In this document: in pieces, positions 62,222 to 64,000 of the stretch
How positions within the stretch are numbered: position 1 is the first letter of the stretch
Layout: the number at the start of each line of letters is the position of its first letter
Assembly: GCA_963823665.1 (NCBI GenBank)
Contig: CAWGMQ010000004.1
Span: forward strand, 2,624,001-2,688,000
DNA: 64,000 nucleotides
Reading direction: 5' to 3'
Source of the DNA: an uncultured Planctomycetota bacterium
GTDB taxonomy: Bacteria > Planctomycetota > Planctomycetia > Isosphaerales > Isosphaeraceae
Made by a program: the position numbers and the translations under genes
The notes under the pieces: model-generated
What the model was told of the DNA's origin: nothing
What the model saw: the letters and a program-made list of their open reading frames with translations, nothing else
Database searches by the model: none

Positions 62222-63890
62222 ATGGATAAGTTGGATGAGGGACTCAAAACGCTTCTCGATCTGGGCAAGCGCCGGGGGTTCCTGACGTTTGACCAGGTCA
62301 ACGACTACTTGCCGGACGAGGCGACGAGCCCCGAGCGCATCCACGGCCTGCTCGAAACGCTCGACGAGATGGGCATTGAGCTGATCAACGAGGACGAGGC
62401 GGAGAGCCGCCTGCTGGCCTCGGGCGATCTGGATGACGAGCCGGAAGACGACGTCGACGAGCCCGACGACGAGGAAGCCGAGCTGACGCCGGAAGATCTC
62501 GACGAGATTTCGCGGCGGATCGACGACCCGGTTCGCATGTATCTTACCCAGATGGGTGAGATACCGCTTCTTACTCGCGAGCAGGAAATCAACCTGGCGA
62601 AGCGGATCGAGATCACGCGCAAGAAATTCCGGCGTAAGGTGCTGGAATGCCACTTTGCCCTTGGCGCTGGTTGTCGACGTGCTCAAGAAGGTGAACGAGG
62701 GAGAGCTGCCGTTTGACCGCACGGTGAAGGTCTCGGTGACCGAGAACCTCGAGAAAGACCAGATCCTGGGCCGCATGCCGCATAACCTGGTGACGCTTGT
62801 ACACTTGATGGAGTGCAACGTCCGGGATTTCAAGTCGTTCGTCCGCGAGCGGGACGAGACCTACCGCCGGGGGCTGCTGGAGAACCTGAAGGGCCGGCGC
62901 TGCAAGGCTGTGAACCTGGTCGAGGAGCTGTCGATCCGGACGCAGAAAGTGCAGCCGCTGATGAAGCGGCTCGAGCAGATCTCGGGCCGGATGGGTGAGC
63001 TGGTCTTCTTGCTCAAGGAACACCGCGCCGGGCGAGCTGTGAAGGAAGAGCGAGCGAACCTGGTCAGGGAACTCAAGGATTTGATGCGGATCACGCTGGA
63101 GACACCCAAGTCGCTGGCGAAGCGCGTGGAGCTGATGAACATCCGGTTCCGGCGGTACGAGCAGGCCAAGCGAGAGCTTTCCGGCGGCAATCTCCGGCTG
63201 GTGGTCTCGATTGCCAAGAAGTACCGCAACCGCGGCCTGTCGTTCCTGGACCTGATCCAGGAGGGAAACACCGGGCTGATGCGGGCGGTTGATAAATACG
63301 AATACCGCCGTGGATACAAGTTCAGCACCTATGCGACGTGGTGGATTCGCCAGGCGATCACCCGGGCGATCGCCGACCAGGCGCGGACCATCCGCATTCC
63401 GGTGCACATGATCGAGACGATGTCGAAGCTGCGAAATGTTTCCAAGAGGCTGCTGCAGGAGAAGGGGCGCGAACCGACCATCGAGGAAACGGCTCGTGCC
63501 GCGAATATCTCGGTGGAGGAAACCCGCCGGGTGATGAAGATCTCGCGGCACCCGATCTCGCTCGACCGGCCCGTGGGTGAAAGCGAAGACAGCTATTTCG
63601 GAGATTTCATCGAGGACGAAGCGGCGGAGAGCCCGATCAACGCCGCCACACAGGAAATGCTCAAGGAGAAAATCGACTCGGTGCTGAAGACGCTGACGTA
63701 TCGCGAGCGCGAAATCATCAAGCTACGCTACGGGCTGGGAGACGGGTATACCTACACCCTCGAGGAGGTGGGCCGCATCTTCAAAGTCACGCGAGAACGC
63801 GTCAGACAGATCGAGGCGAAAGCCGTCAGAAAACTGCAACATCCGGTGCGAAGCCGACAACTCGAAGGCTTCCTTGAAAGTACGGGCTAA
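62222..63890 (+). CDS. rpoD: RNA polymerase primary sigma factor, +1 C near 62659
   Basis: Region 1.1, [42 protein letters not shown]. Confidence 0.97.
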
Positions 63891-63901
63891 CGAGCCACAG
63901 G

Positions 63902-63938
63902 ACCCCCGGACGCCGAAGGCGACCGGGGGTTTTTTGTT
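63902..63938 (+). terminator. Rho-independent terminator after rpoD
   Basis: ACCCCCGG.CGCC-GAA-GGCG.CCGGGGGT followed by a T tract. Confidence 0.85.
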
Positions 63939-64000
63939 GGGGCAAGCTCAGAATGGAGAGTGAGCACCCGAGCGTGCGTGCGAACCAAGACCAACCCCCC

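Overview
GC-rich bacterial chromosomal segment, inferred to be Planctomycetota (Isosphaeraceae-like) from LEPR-XLL-type N-termini, CRTAC1/ASPIC-UnbV proteins and characteristic REP-like palindromes. The left part (1-19 kb) is accessory and partly decayed. It holds an amidase, HEAT and TPR proteins, an MBL hydrolase, an M48 peptidase, an orphan HicB, several gene fragments and a Prx-like gene with an in-frame TGA in a UxxC motif followed by a SECIS-like hairpin (probable selenoprotein). The middle (19-33 kb) is a same-strand cluster: TPR protein, nitrilase, two tandem CRTAC1/ASPIC paralogues, a G8 protein with four in-frame REP hairpins at its N-terminus, and a secreted Pro/Thr-tailed protein. 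The right part carries envelope glycosylation genes and housekeeping genes (proS, yhaM-like, rnr, EF-P-like, htrA, dnaG, rpoD). Single-base frameshifts in essential genes indicate uncorrected long-read indels, so pseudogene calls are provisional. No rRNA, tRNA, CRISPR-Cas or transposase was recognised. All family assignments come from reading the sequence by eye; no database search was run.
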